A stretch of DNA of 64,000 nt, from NCBI RefSeq assembly GCF_001194135.2, contig NC_068982.1, positions 115,025,548-115,089,547 on the forward strand. Direction: 5' to 3'. Numbering within the stretch: the first letter of the stretch is position 1; the number at the start of each line of letters is the position of its first letter. Of this stretch, positions 11,371 to 23,249 are shown one piece after another. Below the pieces are notes generated by a model. It did not search any database, had not been told where the DNA came from, and saw nothing but the letters and a program-made list of their open reading frames with translations. The position numbers were made by a program, and so were the translations under genes. The stretch comes from Octopus bimaculoides. Taxonomy: Eukaryota.

Positions 11371-13177
11371 TGTTATGTTTTTTTAAATTATTCTGTGTAA
11401 CATCCTTTCTGTTTTTATTTCAGATTCTTCAGTTTTTGGGTTGAACCACGCTAATAGCGTCTCTCCTCTCTAAGAACAATGAGGCATGGAAAAAGCCTTA
11501 ATTATAAAGCAAAATCTGTCATCATCAAAGAAAGTGCTAAAGGCACCTCGCTTCATGTTAGAAAGAAGTTAGGTCGTCATGTAGACATGGTTAGACGAAT
11601 CCTGAAGGATCATTCGGCCTGGAAGAAACGATCCGACTGTGGGACCTCCAAGACTGTGACAGTTATGGATTTAAGGAATATTGGCAGCAAATTTCGTTCG
11701 AAACCTGGATAAACAAGCAAAGCCATTTTCACTGCCTCCGACTTCCACATGTACCGAAAACCACCAGAAATCGCATCCTCGGCACCATGGCCTCCGTGCG
11801 AGAACCCCCTGAAACTGCCTCCTTTAACGCCCTAGCTACTTCTCACAGGAGTTTGAGGCTTCAATGGGCTCAAAAGTACATGACATTAGACATGAGTTGG
11901 TTTCTGCTCACTGACGAAACCAGGGCGACCCTTGGAGGACCTGACGGTTGGGAAAATGGTTGGATTTATTTGGGCGATGAGCATCACCAACGTTTACGTT
12001 GTAGGCGCAGTTATCTCTCCTGACGGCGGCTGCTTAAATAGCCAGCCACTACAGGGCGCACGCAACACTAAGGTTCGGACTCTTACCCCTTCCTCATTCG
12101 CATCGAGACGCCGGAGTGCAAAGACATGACCTAGCTATTTCTCGTACACACACGGCAGCTAGCAGATGTCGAGGAGACATGAGGTAATACACAGAAGAGT
12201 TTACAATAGAAGGCCATGCTCATCAAACTCTTTCCATTATTATTCAATTTGTATATATTTGAGACCTTGAGTAAAGGTATTTAAGGTTGCAACTCTATGA
12301 ATTCCTTGTACAGTGATCCTTAATCGTATGACATACAACAGCCTTCAGAAGAGAGCCATCATTAGATGGTTTCACAGCGTGAGACTTCAACCATCTAAAA
12401 CGTCAGCAACAGGCTGGAGGAGTCGTGTTGTGGACTGGTATCATTGGGGACAGACTTATTGGCTCATTCAAGGTTCCTAAAGGGATTAAAGTGACTGCAG
12501 CCGCCTACTGCAATCTCCTGAAGGAGGTTTTCGATCCCTGGTTAGATGACATACCGCTATCACTTCTACGGAATCTCGTATTAATGCATGATAACGCTCC
12601 CTCCCACTCTACTAGGACCACCCAAACCTTATTAGGGTCTTACGACATACAGGATCTCAACCCTATCGAAAATCTTTGGTCCATCATTAAACAAGATGTT
12701 TATGCCAATGGATACGTCGAAAGATGTCTTGTGCGACCATCAAAGCTGCAGCAGAGGCAGTCCAGTCTGCTACAATTAAGAAACTGACAGATTCCATGAC
12801 TAACAGGGTTTTTGAAGTTATCCGTCGAAATGGCATGTGGCTAAATAATTCATTATGTCAATAAATTTTATAATATAATTAAGGTTTCCTGTTAAATATA
12901 TACCCAATGTATGCTTAATATGCATCATTACCCTTCATTTTCTGGGGAAAAAATGTCGAGATGGGCTATTTTCATTCAAAAGCTATTAGCGTGATACACC
13001 CAAAAACTGAAGAATCTGAAATAAAAAAGAAAGGACGTTACACAGAATAATGAAAAGATAACAATAGTGTTGCCATAGAGTGAAAACCAGCTGGGGAAAG
13101 TTTTATCAAAATCGATTCACAGAAAACCGAGAAATCCTAAATTTCACTCCTAAGCTATGAGCGTGGTTATGAGTGTG
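11371..13177 (+). mobile_element. Tc1-like transposon with ~196-bp IR/DR inverted repeats, decayed
   Basis: HTH, TDETRATLGGPDGW, MHDNAPSH and DLNPIENLW motifs. Right TIR 12982-13177 followed by TA; left TIR runs into the N-gap. Interrupted by an LTR at 12000-12399. Confidence 0.9.
12000..12399 (+). mobile_element. Solo LTR inserted in the Tc1 transposase
   Basis: ACGT TSD at 11996-11999 and 12400-12403. Removal restores the frame HHQRLRQQQAGGVVLW. Ends TGTAG...CTAAA. Confidence 0.85.
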
Positions 13178-13179
13178 TA

Positions 13180-13775
13180 TTAAAGTTAAATAAGGCCGGT
13201 TTATGGAATTACCTTAGGTTTCACCTCCATAAAGGGACGCTTTGTGACGTATGATCAGATCCCAAAACTTGTTGGCTAAAGGCCTCACTAGCGACTAACC
13301 TCTCTAGAGCATGGAGTAGGAATGTCAACAAAGGGGATTAACTTAATGTCAACAAAGGGAATTTCTCCCCTTGGTTATCGATCGCCGATGTCAACAAAGG
13401 GGATTGTATCCCTTTGGCTATCGATCGCCGATGATCTTGTTATCCCATGGGTTCCAATAGGCTAGCAGGAATTTTCTGAAATGTAAGCGCGGTCCGAAGA
13501 CCTCCGTTCTGGAATTCAGGATGTTCCCTGGGTCGAAGGAGTCCTTTAGCATCCTTGCCCCTTCCACTATGCATAATGTACAATTGGTCCCGTTAACGTA
13601 GGGGCCTGGATTTTCTAGGATTCTCCATGATATTGTGTATGGAATCCTGTCGTCTATCAGCTGCCATAGATGGCTGGCTAATGACGTGACGGATATCCTT
13701 TCCGGTTTCGTGATGGAAGATCTGTGGTTGGAGAGGTGTTGTTTGAACGATTTCCCGGAACAGCCGATGTGTATA
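13180..13775 (-). mobile_element. Penelope-like element 3' end (GIY-YIG C-terminal half plus 3' region)
   Basis: IGCSGKSFKQHLSNHRSS..SLASHLWQL..ISWRILE..CTLCIVEG..NILNSRTEVFGPRLHFRKFLL. 5' end truncated at a (TACA)n microsatellite. Confidence 0.85.
13201..13267 (-). ncRNA. Putative type I hammerhead ribozyme, degenerate (G8C)
   Basis: TTTTGGGAT-CTGATCA-[29 nt]-GAAA-CC TAA GGT-A-ATTCCATAA. Stem I 8 of 9 pairs, 3-bp stem III, GUA triplet. About 150 nt after the Penelope ORF stop, same strand. Confidence 0.6.
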
Positions 13776-14459
13776 TATGCATACACACACACACACATAC
13801 ATACATACAATAAATACATACATACGTACGTACATATTCNNNNNNNNNNNNNNNNNNNNNNNNNNNNNNNNNNNNNNNNNNNNNNNNNNNNNNNNNNNNN
13901 NNNNNNNNNNNNNNNNNNNNNNNNNNNNNNNNNNNNNNNNNNNNNNNNNNNNNNNNNNNNNNNNNNNNNNNNNNNNNNNNNNNNNNNNNNNNNNNNNNNN
14001 NNNNNNNNNNNNNNNNNNNNNNNNNNNNNNNNNNNNNNNNNNNNNNNNNNNNNNNNNNNNNNNNNNNNNNNNNNNNNNNNNNNNNNNNNNNNNNNNNNNN
14101 NNNNNNNNNNNNNNNATGATTAAAATATTGTGTTTAACAAAAGCGAAAATAGAAACATTTACTTTTAAAAACAACTACTATTTTTTCGTTGTCAAGTCAC
14201 TGTGTCTAATCGAAAGGTCAGAGTTTCTTCCCTTTCAGGATTAAATTATTTTCGTAGTATTTTCTTATTATGCACCGTTTGGGATTTTATACCCCACGAA
14301 AACACCTAATATCTCAATAGCCAGTTGTCCGATTTATGCGACACAAGTTTTATTCCGTTCGTATTCACATTTTAGAGAAAACTTAATTCATAATATTTTC
14401 CCATTATACGCCAGTTTGGCTGGGTAACATGCAAGCAAGCAAGATTCGAGCACACTTTT

Positions 14460-14900
14460 AATCCCGGGTCGAGGAGGTCCTTTAATATCCTCGACCATTC
14501 GGCTATGCAAAGTTTACAACGCTTGGTCCCATATATGTAGGGGCTTGGATTTTCTGGGATCTTCCATGATATTAAGTGTGGAGTTTCATCGTCTTTCCGT
14601 CACAATACATGGCTTGCTATGGACATAGCGGATCTCCTTTCCGGGATCCTGAAAGTAGATCTGTGGTTTGAGAGGTGCTTTTGAACGTGTTACCGGAGCA
14701 TCCGATGTATGTCGGTATGCAGGTATTGGTGATTCTGTTTCTATTGATGTTGTTGCTGCTGCTACCGTTGTTGTTGGTGTTAGTGTTGGCGCCGTTAAAA
14801 TTGGTGTTGGCGTTGATGCCGGCGCCGGTGCTGTTAATACTGGCGTAAGGGACATCATCTACTCAGGAGCCAGTTGTCCCCCTTGCCACCTGTTGCTCCC
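14460..14900 (-). mobile_element. Second, diverged Penelope-like GIY-YIG fragment
   Basis: TYIGCSGNTFK / HLSNHRSTFRIPERRSAMSIASHV*..ISWKIPENPSPY..RCKLCIAE, frameshifted. Confidence 0.75.
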
Positions 14901-15682
14901 CTTGGTTCACTTTCTAAACTAATATTCTTCAAACATCCAAAATGACGAAACCCCTCTGTCACGAAAACTGATACTGTACAATGTCTCTTGAAAAGCTAAT
15001 TTAAATATCGAAAACCGGTTGGATTTCACGACATCCATATAATATGCATATATTTATAAAAAGATATTAAACTATATGAAACGAAGACATTTCTCTTCCA
15101 CTTTTTATATTTTTTTACACATATTTTCAACTATATATACATATATATATATATATATATANNNNNNNNNNNNNNNNNNNNNNNNNNNNNNNNNNNNNNN
15201 NNNNATAAAGGCAATTTCATTGCAATTTACTATGGAATTTACTTGCTTATAGTAAAATGTCTAAATACACTATTATCAGTTCAGTGCATTTATTTTATAG
15301 ATCTCTGCTTGATTAACTTTGAGACATAGTGGAACAACATACTCAACTTAACAACAAATGTAAACACACACATATTAAGTGCAAAAATGACTGTGTAGTT
15401 GAGAAGTTTGCTTCCCAACCACGTTTCTACGTTCAGTCCCTCTGCATGGTGCTTTGGACAAGTATTTTCTACTATAGCCCTAGGCCAATCACAGACGTGT
15501 GACTGAATTTCGTAGACGGAAACTGCAGCATTGTTCATCAGAAAATGACTGAAAAATATGTTTATAAAGAAGAGTTGTTTGCTTCATACTCCTCGTGTGC
15601 CGATCCCACCCATAAGAAAGGAACAAATAATATAATGTGGCTGTAGGTAATAATACCCAGGCAACGCCAGGGTGCATTGCTA

Positions 15683-15737
<55 letters not shown>

Positions 15738-15970
15738 TATATATGGGGAAAAAGTCAAGATAGAAAATGCTAAAATAATTTTATAAAAAACATTTCAGTA
15801 CTGGTTTCAGTCACTGAGACTTTTTCAACTGTAAGTATGGAAGACAATTGAATTTTGGAAAAGTTAAAAGTTTTTTAAAAGAATATTTGCATAGTATTCA
15901 AATACAAGAAGCATTTTCCTTGCTTCTGCCTGTCTGTCTCTTTTGTTAAATCTTGTGGGTTCATATATAT

Positions 15971-17035
15971 ACTAGCTGTTGGACTCGGCATTGCTCGTGT
16001 TTTCCGTGTTGAAGTTAAGCCAAATATTACCCGTTAAAATGTTATATCTGGTTCGGCAGGGATTTTACCGCGTTAACGCTTTCGACATACTCCTAGATAC
16101 TGGACCGTCTCAAATCGCAGTCAAACTTTTGGGTGTACCTCGACCCGTCGAGAGTGATGTTTGTTTATTTCTCTCCCCTTAATGCCACCCTCTACAAAAT
16201 TGATCAGCGTGTCCAATCTCAGCAAAATCCGAAGANNNNNNNNNNNNNNNNNNNNNNNNNNNNNNNNNNNNNNNNNNNNNNNNNNNNNNNNNNNNNNNNN
16301 NNNNNNNNNNNNNNNNNNNNNNNNNNNNNNNNNNNNNNNNNNNNNNNNNNNNNNNNNNNNNNNNNNNNNNNNNNNNNNNNNNNNNNNNNNNNNNNNNNNN
16401 NNNNNNNNNNNNNNNNNNNNNNNNNNNNNNNNNNNNNNNNNNNNNNNNNNNNNNNNNNNNNNNNNNCTGTAATCACGTGTAAAAGTTTTACAAAATCAAT
16501 TAGAATGTCTCTAAGGAAATGCTTATTTGCATTTGTGCCCTTTCAAACCCTTTTGAATTAATTAAACACCTTTACCGTCTCCCCCGCCACAAAATTTACC
16601 TACATCTCAAATTTCATTAAAATCGGATAAAAAAGTTACAGCCAAAAATAAAATCCCTATGGGTATTTGCACGCAAAAAGCCGATTGATTTTATAAAACC
16701 ACTACTCAGGCGCAATTATCGATTTTTTGTCAAGGCCATATACTGACATCAACTGTCACTCATTCATCGATTTTCACCAAAATCGGACAAAAAAGCCAAA
16801 AGCTGCAGGAAAAATAACATTGTTATGGGAATTTCCATTCAAACGCCCGATTGATCTCACAAAAATTGATGCCAACTGAGCATTATCGAATTTTCGAAAA
16901 ATTCCAGCCTTATTTGAACTTCAGGGCATGTGATCTACCTATGTGCCAAAAATCATTAAAATCGGTTGGACGGTGTGGTAGGAGTAACCCCAAACACACA
17001 CACAGACACCAAAACACATTTATATATATATAGAT
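15971..17035 (+). mobile_element. Helentron/HINE-like non-autonomous element
   Basis: 5' ACTAGCTG..CGGCATTGCTCG, internal AAAATCGG repeats, 3' (CA)-rich then ATATATAGAT, in TA microsatellite context. Class is assigned by pattern recognition only. Confidence 0.55.
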
Positions 17036-18114
17036 ATATATATATTCAAAATACAAATCCTTGCACTTTAGTGGTTTCATTATTATTAAAAAATTAGCAT
17101 CAAGAGAGCAAACTGTTAAGTATTTTTTTTCTGTTTGAACATTTGTTGTATATATAAAACACTTTTAGGTACATATTTGACGAATGAAGAGTATAATGGT
17201 TTATAATAACTATGAACGGGTAACAAGGTTTTATAAAGTATTTGCTTTGCCAAATATCAAAATGAAAAGGCCCAGCCAACAACTATGCCCTGACTAATTT
17301 TGAATATCTTTCTATACATGAAACTTTGAATATATGAATATTTAGATTTCATAGATATTGAGCTTTTTCTATCAGTGTGGATAGCATCAGGTGTTTCAAC
17401 TAGAGAGAAAATTCTTTGAGGCTGTGAACTACTTCTTAAGAAAAGATACTAGTACAAGAAAAAAAAAAAGAATGCTACTAAAAGATAATAGTTTCAAAAT
17501 ACTGTTTAGCTTTACAAAATCCAAAAACTTTGAGATGTCATTCCTTAGAGTTGTAAAATTTAGGCTAAAGTTTGGAAAATATTTAGCAGTCATAACAGAT
17601 TTTCATTCTTTGCTAGGAAACGAAAGAGATTTTACCTTTACATAATGCAACAATCTTCTCACACATTATGATATGAAAAGGTTAAAGAAATTTGTAGTAG
17701 CATTGAGTAAAACAGCACATACAAAACATCAACACTTAAGATTTTCTTTTTCACATCGACTGAAAAAATTGTAAACTAAAGGAAGACAGTTTGACTTTCA
17801 AATGTTTAAGCATTTAACAATTACTACCATTCAACACAACTAGCTGAGAAATCAATAGCTCATTCATATGCTGTCAACAGCAATCAACATTTCAGTAACT
17901 GATTACAATAAATTACAAATAAACTAATGAATCCTGGTAGAAATAATAGCCAAATCTCACTCAAACCATACTCTAAGGAAAGAAAATTAACACTGGGTAA
18001 TGAAGTCTTAGATTATATCTGGAAAAAAAGATATCTGAATGCTCAGAGCTGATATAAGGATAAACAACAACAAATCATAAAACATCCAAAACAAACAAAA
18101 ACGCACACTTGTGA

Positions 18115-18730
18115 GATCATTGTCGTTTAACATCCATTTTCCATGCTGGCATGGATTGGACGGTTTGACTGAGAGCTGGCAAGCCAGAAGGCTGCACCAG
18201 GCTCCAATCCAATCTGGCACAGTTTCTACAGCTGGATGCCCTTCCTAATGCCAACCACTCTGAGAGTGTAGTGGTTGCTTTTTACGTGCCACCGGCATGA
18301 GGGCTAGTCAGACAGTACTGGCATTGACCATGCTTGAATGGTGCTTTTTACATGCCACTACCATGGGAACCAGTTAGGCAGCACTGGCAATGACCATGCT
18401 CGAATGGTGCTTTTTATGTGCCACCGGCATGGGACCAGTCAGCTGGCACTGGCAGTGACCACGCTCGAATGGTGTTTTTTACCTGCCACCAGCATGGGTG
18501 CTAATCAGGCAGTACTGTCATCGGCCACAACAATGACTTCACTTGACTCATCAGGTCTTCACAAGTGCAGTTTATTGCCCAATGATTGAAGGGTGCTCTT
18601 AAATGGGCTGGTTATGCTGCACTGGCATAGGTCACGGTTACAGTCTCACTTGGCTTGCCGGGTCTTCTCAAGCACAGCATATCTCCAAGGGTCTCGGTCA
18701 CGTGTCATTGCCTTTGTGAGACCCAATACA
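18115..18730 (-). mobile_element. RTE LINE 3' end with expanded ~66-bp repeat
   Basis: ORF2 end (DRDPWRYAVLEKTRQAK*) plus the 3' UTR seen at 38695-39060. Confidence 0.85.
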
Positions 18731-18735
18731 TTTAA

Positions 18736-18941
18736 CCCTCTAGTATTTAAACTGGCCATATCTGGCCCAAATGTTCTACCTGTTTGATATTCAAACTGGC
18801 TAGATTCAGCCTCTCACCTCTTCCTGACAATGTTATTCTTAAAATAGGCAATCATATCATCAAAATCTCAAAGATACAAGATAATGCATGATTAATTCAA
18901 ATATGCATTTCATTGGACGGAATAATCTAAATGCTAAAGAG
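18736..18941. mobile_element. piggyBac-type MITE
   Basis: TTAA on both sides (18732-18735, 18942-18945). TIR CCCTCTAGTATTTA vs CTCTTTAGCATTTA (11 of 14). Confidence 0.75.
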
Positions 18942-19230
18942 TTAACGCCTCCATCAGTCAGAGTTGACCCAGTACTTACAACTGGAAAATCTTTCTCCAG
19001 GATGCAGGTTTGGGCAGGGGTTTTTTTTATGGAAGGTCATGAGATGCCCAAACAGCAATTCAACTCTATAACATTAGTGTTGTCCAATGGAAGCAAAGAC
19101 TGATTCAGCTTGGGTTAGGGTTAGGGTATGATTCTGATGTCATAACATTAAACTCTGAATGTAAAGAATCAAAACTAATACTGCAAAGCATTTTGTCTAA
19201 AGCCTTAATGACACTACCAATCCACTGCCA

Positions 19231-19290
<60 letters not shown>

Positions 19291-19572
19291 TCGCACACAA
19301 ATAAAAATATGAAGCTGTCAATATTGTTGTAACTTTAATGAGTTAAAGCAACTACAAAACTTGCATAGAGAAATAGGTATATAGATATGTATTATAGATA
19401 GGTTATTATGTAGGTAGATAGGTAGGTAGGTTCAGAGGTTGACAGATTCATTGGCAAACAGGTAGGCCAATAGATAGATAAAAAAAAAGATATCTTGCTG
19501 GGACGGAATCAATAAATAAATGGCTGGATGAACTGATGATAAATGGCTAAGTTATAACTGTATTCGTGGTGT

Positions 19573-19578
19573 TTTATT
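19573..19578 (-). terminator. Candidate RSPH9 polyadenylation signal
   Basis: AATAAA on the minus strand about 30 nt after the stop codon. Actual use is not shown. Confidence 0.45.
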
Positions 19579-19608
19579 TGAAACAATTCATTCAGCTCAC
19601 TTTTTTTT

Positions 19609-19769
19609 TTACAACATGAATGGCAGATCAAGGTTTTTTTCTCCAGTGCCAAAATAAAGTGAACCAAATTTTGGTGTTCCAGGTTTTGTAAAGAATGTAT
19701 ATCCAGGCCAAAGTAAGCTTCGGATTACAACCATACCACAGCCACGCTCGAACTGAAAACTCCAGCAGC
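19609..19769 (-). CDS. RSPH9: RSPH9 exon 5 (terminal, includes stop)
   Basis: tttcag|GC. GCWSFQFERGCGMVVIRSLLWPGYTFFTKPGTPKFGSLYFGTGEKNLDLPFML* is the diagnostic C-terminus. The five exons sum to 822 nt (273 aa plus stop). Confidence 0.96.
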
Positions 19770-20050
19770 CTGAAATGAGAAGGCTGAGATTGAAACAAAG
19801 GCAAATATTTATCTTTTCATATGTAACTGTATTCATATACAAAATACAATATTTTAAACAAGTTGCATAAACAAGAGATTATTGCTCTGAATAAGATATT
19901 CTATAATCCTGAAATGCTTTCATTGACTGATCTGAGAAGGAATACAAAATTATTTCAAAATTATAATTATATGTAGCTGTTTAATCTATTTACTTAAACA
20001 CTAGATACAAAACACTATTTGTCAAACTAATGGCTTAAACTGCATTTTAC

Positions 20051-20197
20051 CTTTTGGAATATCATCTTCAATAATATCCATGAAATCCAAGGATCTGTCC
20101 ATATTTGATCTTTCAATTATGGGTTTCTTACTCAGTAGAACAGCTGGTCGGAAGTGCATGTATGAATAAAGTTTAGAAGCATCATTTGCAAACAATC
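20051..20197 (-). CDS. RSPH9: RSPH9 exon 4 (not in the ORF track)
   Basis: Poly-T tract then ctaag|GA ... AAA G|gtaaaa. Hand translation: GLFANDASKLYSYMHFRPAVLLSKKPIIERSNMDRSLDFMDIIEDDIPK. 147 bp. Confidence 0.93.
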
Positions 20198-22314
20198 CTT
20201 AGAAAAAAAAAAAAAAANNNNNNNNNNAAAAAAAAAAAAAAAGAGGTTGATTAATAGAATAGATCATAATTAGATAGAAAATATAATTCAATATCATCCT
20301 GATTAATTAAATACAAATGATAATTAATAAAACATAACAATTAAATAGAACATGGACTAAGTATCAAACATGATAATTAAATAGAAGACCAAAAGTTCAA
20401 ATTTTCCACCATCCATTCTATGCTAGCCCTCAGCACAGGTCATAGCTCAACTTGATCTAATTTGTAAAGATGACAAAAAAAATGTAGAGGTTTGACTCTT
20501 ATTTTACTGTTGTTGTTGTTGGTGGTTTGGTTGTTGTCACTGTTGTATGACCTCTATGCCAATTTTTTCATGCTGGGACAAGAATGAAGCAGTGTTTATG
20601 ACCAAATGCTCTTCCTGTCACTAGCCCTTTTAGTTACCTCTTATGACACAAAGGACTGCAGTTTACTAATTTTAAAACCAGGATATATAACAAGTATTAC
20701 TAGCAGTGTCCTACAGTGGTAAGCTGGCAGAATCATTAGCACACAGGACAAAATGCTTAGTGACATTTTTTTCTGTTTTCATGTTTTGTTTTCAAATTCC
20801 ACCATGGTCAAATTTGCCTTTCATCATTTTGGGGCCAAGGAAATAGTATCAGTTGAGCACTAGTCTCAATGTAATTGACAAGCCCCTTCATCCAAAATTT
20901 CAAGCCTTGTGCCCATAGAAGAAAGGGGCTGTTAGCAATATCCTGCAAAGGAAACATTTTATCATCTTCGTTTTAATGTCCATTTTTCCATGTTTGCATG
21001 GGTTGGATTGAGTTTATTGAGGCAGATTTCCTATGGCCAGATGCTCTTCCTGTTGCCAACCCATACATATTTCCAAGAAAGGTAATATTTCCCCATGGCC
21101 AGAGATGTTTCCACAGAATATTGCAAATAAATGACATTCATTTACAACAGTCATATAATGTCATGACAAGGAGACACAAACACATGCACACTCACATTCA
21201 CATAAATATAAACATCAGGCTTCTTTCAGTTTCTCTCTTAAAATCCACTTGCAAGGCTTTGATCAGCCTAGGACTATAGTCTTTGCCTCCTAGTTTTTCT
21301 ACAGGTATAGTTATAAATAGTATTTTAGTTATTATCATCTTCAAATATTACCAATGGCAATATCAACACAGCTCATTGCTGCTGTTGTTGTTGTTGTTGT
21401 TCAGCTCCCAGGTATGCTGATCAAGCATACCTATGCCATCAATTTTTTTTTTTTTGACATAGGTATAGCCAAGTAAAGAAATTATTTGCTTAGCAGCCAT
21501 GTGGCTGCTACATGTTTGATCCCACTACATGAGATATTGGGTGTTTTCCACTGTAGCTTCACAATGTATGTGTGTGTATGTATGCATGTATGTATGTGTG
21601 TGTGTGAATGTGCATTGTGTGTATTGTGTAGGTATACATGTGTGTGTATGTAGGAATATGTACGTGTCATGTGTACTATGAGTATGTGTCTCTCTGTATC
21701 CATATCTGTGCTTGTGTGTACTGGTGTATATTCATACATTGTTATATTGCTCTAATTTAATTCTATGTTCTGATTAAGTATCGAACTAAGTTTAGTGATT
21801 CTGCTTTATTTCGTGTGTTCACCTCGTGTTCTTTTAAAGTGAAAACTTTTGACTGTTCTCTAATTTGCATACTGGTTTGTTTTGTAAATGGTGTGATACT
21901 TTTTGCATGTGGATTTTTTAAGTTCTGCTTTAATCAGCGTGCATTTTTGAGTACATATTGTGTTGTATTGTCGCCAAAATAATTCGGTATTAAAACATAA
22001 CATATATCAAAAAAAGTAAAAACTTAGTGACTTGACAAACAGAAATCAATATTAAGCACTTGAATGAAATAAATTCTGGGTCAGTACAGTAGACTAAAAC
22101 TCTTGAAGATTATTCCCCAGCATGGCTGCAGTTCAAAGACTGAAACAAACTAAAGAATATTGTATCTAAGATCACGTCATTTAATGACAGCAGAGTGTCA
22201 TCTAAGGGAGAACTGGCTGCTACTTCTTGCAAGTTTGGTGACTCCATAGATTTTCCCTTATAAGCATGTTTTAAGTTAGAGAGATGACACATATAAAATA
22301 ATGGACAAACTTAC

Positions 22315-22444
22315 CCTTAAAACTGGGATTTAACACAACTTTCCCTGTTGGTGTATACATAAAACTGCCCCTTGGAACTATTCTCACATCATCGTCAATA
22401 TCCAACACGACAGATGCCAGGCGATCTTCTTCTTTCACCATCTC
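22315..22444 (-). CDS. RSPH9: RSPH9 exon 3
   Basis: tttaaag|GAG ... AAG G|gtaagt. EMVKEEDRLASVVLDIDDDVRIVPRGSFMYTPTGKVVLNPSFK carries the KEExRL and PRG motifs. 130 bp. Confidence 0.95.
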
Positions 22445-23098
22445 CTTTAAATTGGTAACATGAATAAGTACATAAAAAAAGCACATGGCATATTTTCTTT
22501 TTCTTAGGATTGCAATATTGTTTTTGAATAGAATTCCACTGCCCTCCTCTCTCTTTGTTACCCTCATATTTATCACTCTCTTTCCTATCACAGTGTAATG
22601 AGGGATAACAATGGATCTATCCGTATTCAATCCCCATCTCATTATCCTGCTATATTGTTAGCCTTCTTTCTCACCTCTACCCTTTCCATCTTCGTTGCTA
22701 TCCATCTCTCTCTCTCTCTGTATATATATATATATATATACATTCATCATTATCATCATCACCCTTCTCTTTTACACATTGTTGACATCCCTCTCTTCTT
22801 CTCTCTCTCTCTCAAATCATCATCATTGTCATCATCCTCATCATCATCGTCATTGTTTTAACTTCCACTTTTCATGCTTGCATTGTTTGGACAAAATTTG
22901 TTGAGGCAGTATTTCTAGAGTTGGGTGTCCTTCCTTCACCAACCTTTATGTTTCCCCAAGTAAGGTAATATTCCCCCATAACTAAACATGTTTCACAGCA
23001 GATTGGAAACAAATTAAACACTAAAGGTGGTGCTAAAGCATGGTCACGATCCAATGACTGGAATCAGTAAAAGAATAAAAGAATATCTTTATACTTAC

Positions 23099-23249
23099 CT
23101 CATGCTCTTCCTCTTCCTCATCAACCCCGTCTTTTTTTAACTTAAATTCATTGCTCACATCACCTGTAAATCTTCCCCTGACATTTCTACTCAGTTTCAT
23201 TGTTTCTGATTCCACAGAAGGCATAACAACCCAATGAACACAGTCCATG
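23099..23249 (-). CDS. RSPH9: RSPH9 exon 2
   Basis: Acceptor ctcacag|C, donor GAG|gtaagt. (C)MDCVHWVVMPSVESETMKLSRNVRGRFTGDVSNEFKLKKDGVDEEEEEHE contains the conserved GRFxGD motif. 151 bp, phases match. Confidence 0.93.

Noticed and set aside
13321-13425. CRISPR-like repeat-spacer array
   Set aside because: Eukaryotic context, irregular spacing, repeated spacers and no cas genes.
3074-16561. Long ORF-track entries containing X runs (also 28120-28638, 50853-51135)
   Set aside because: They are open only because N-gaps have no stops. The real exceptions are the R4 and Penelope fragments and the PMPCA exon.
17391-17645. 84-aa ORF
   Set aside because: GTG start, AT-rich, no splice context, no recognisable similarity.
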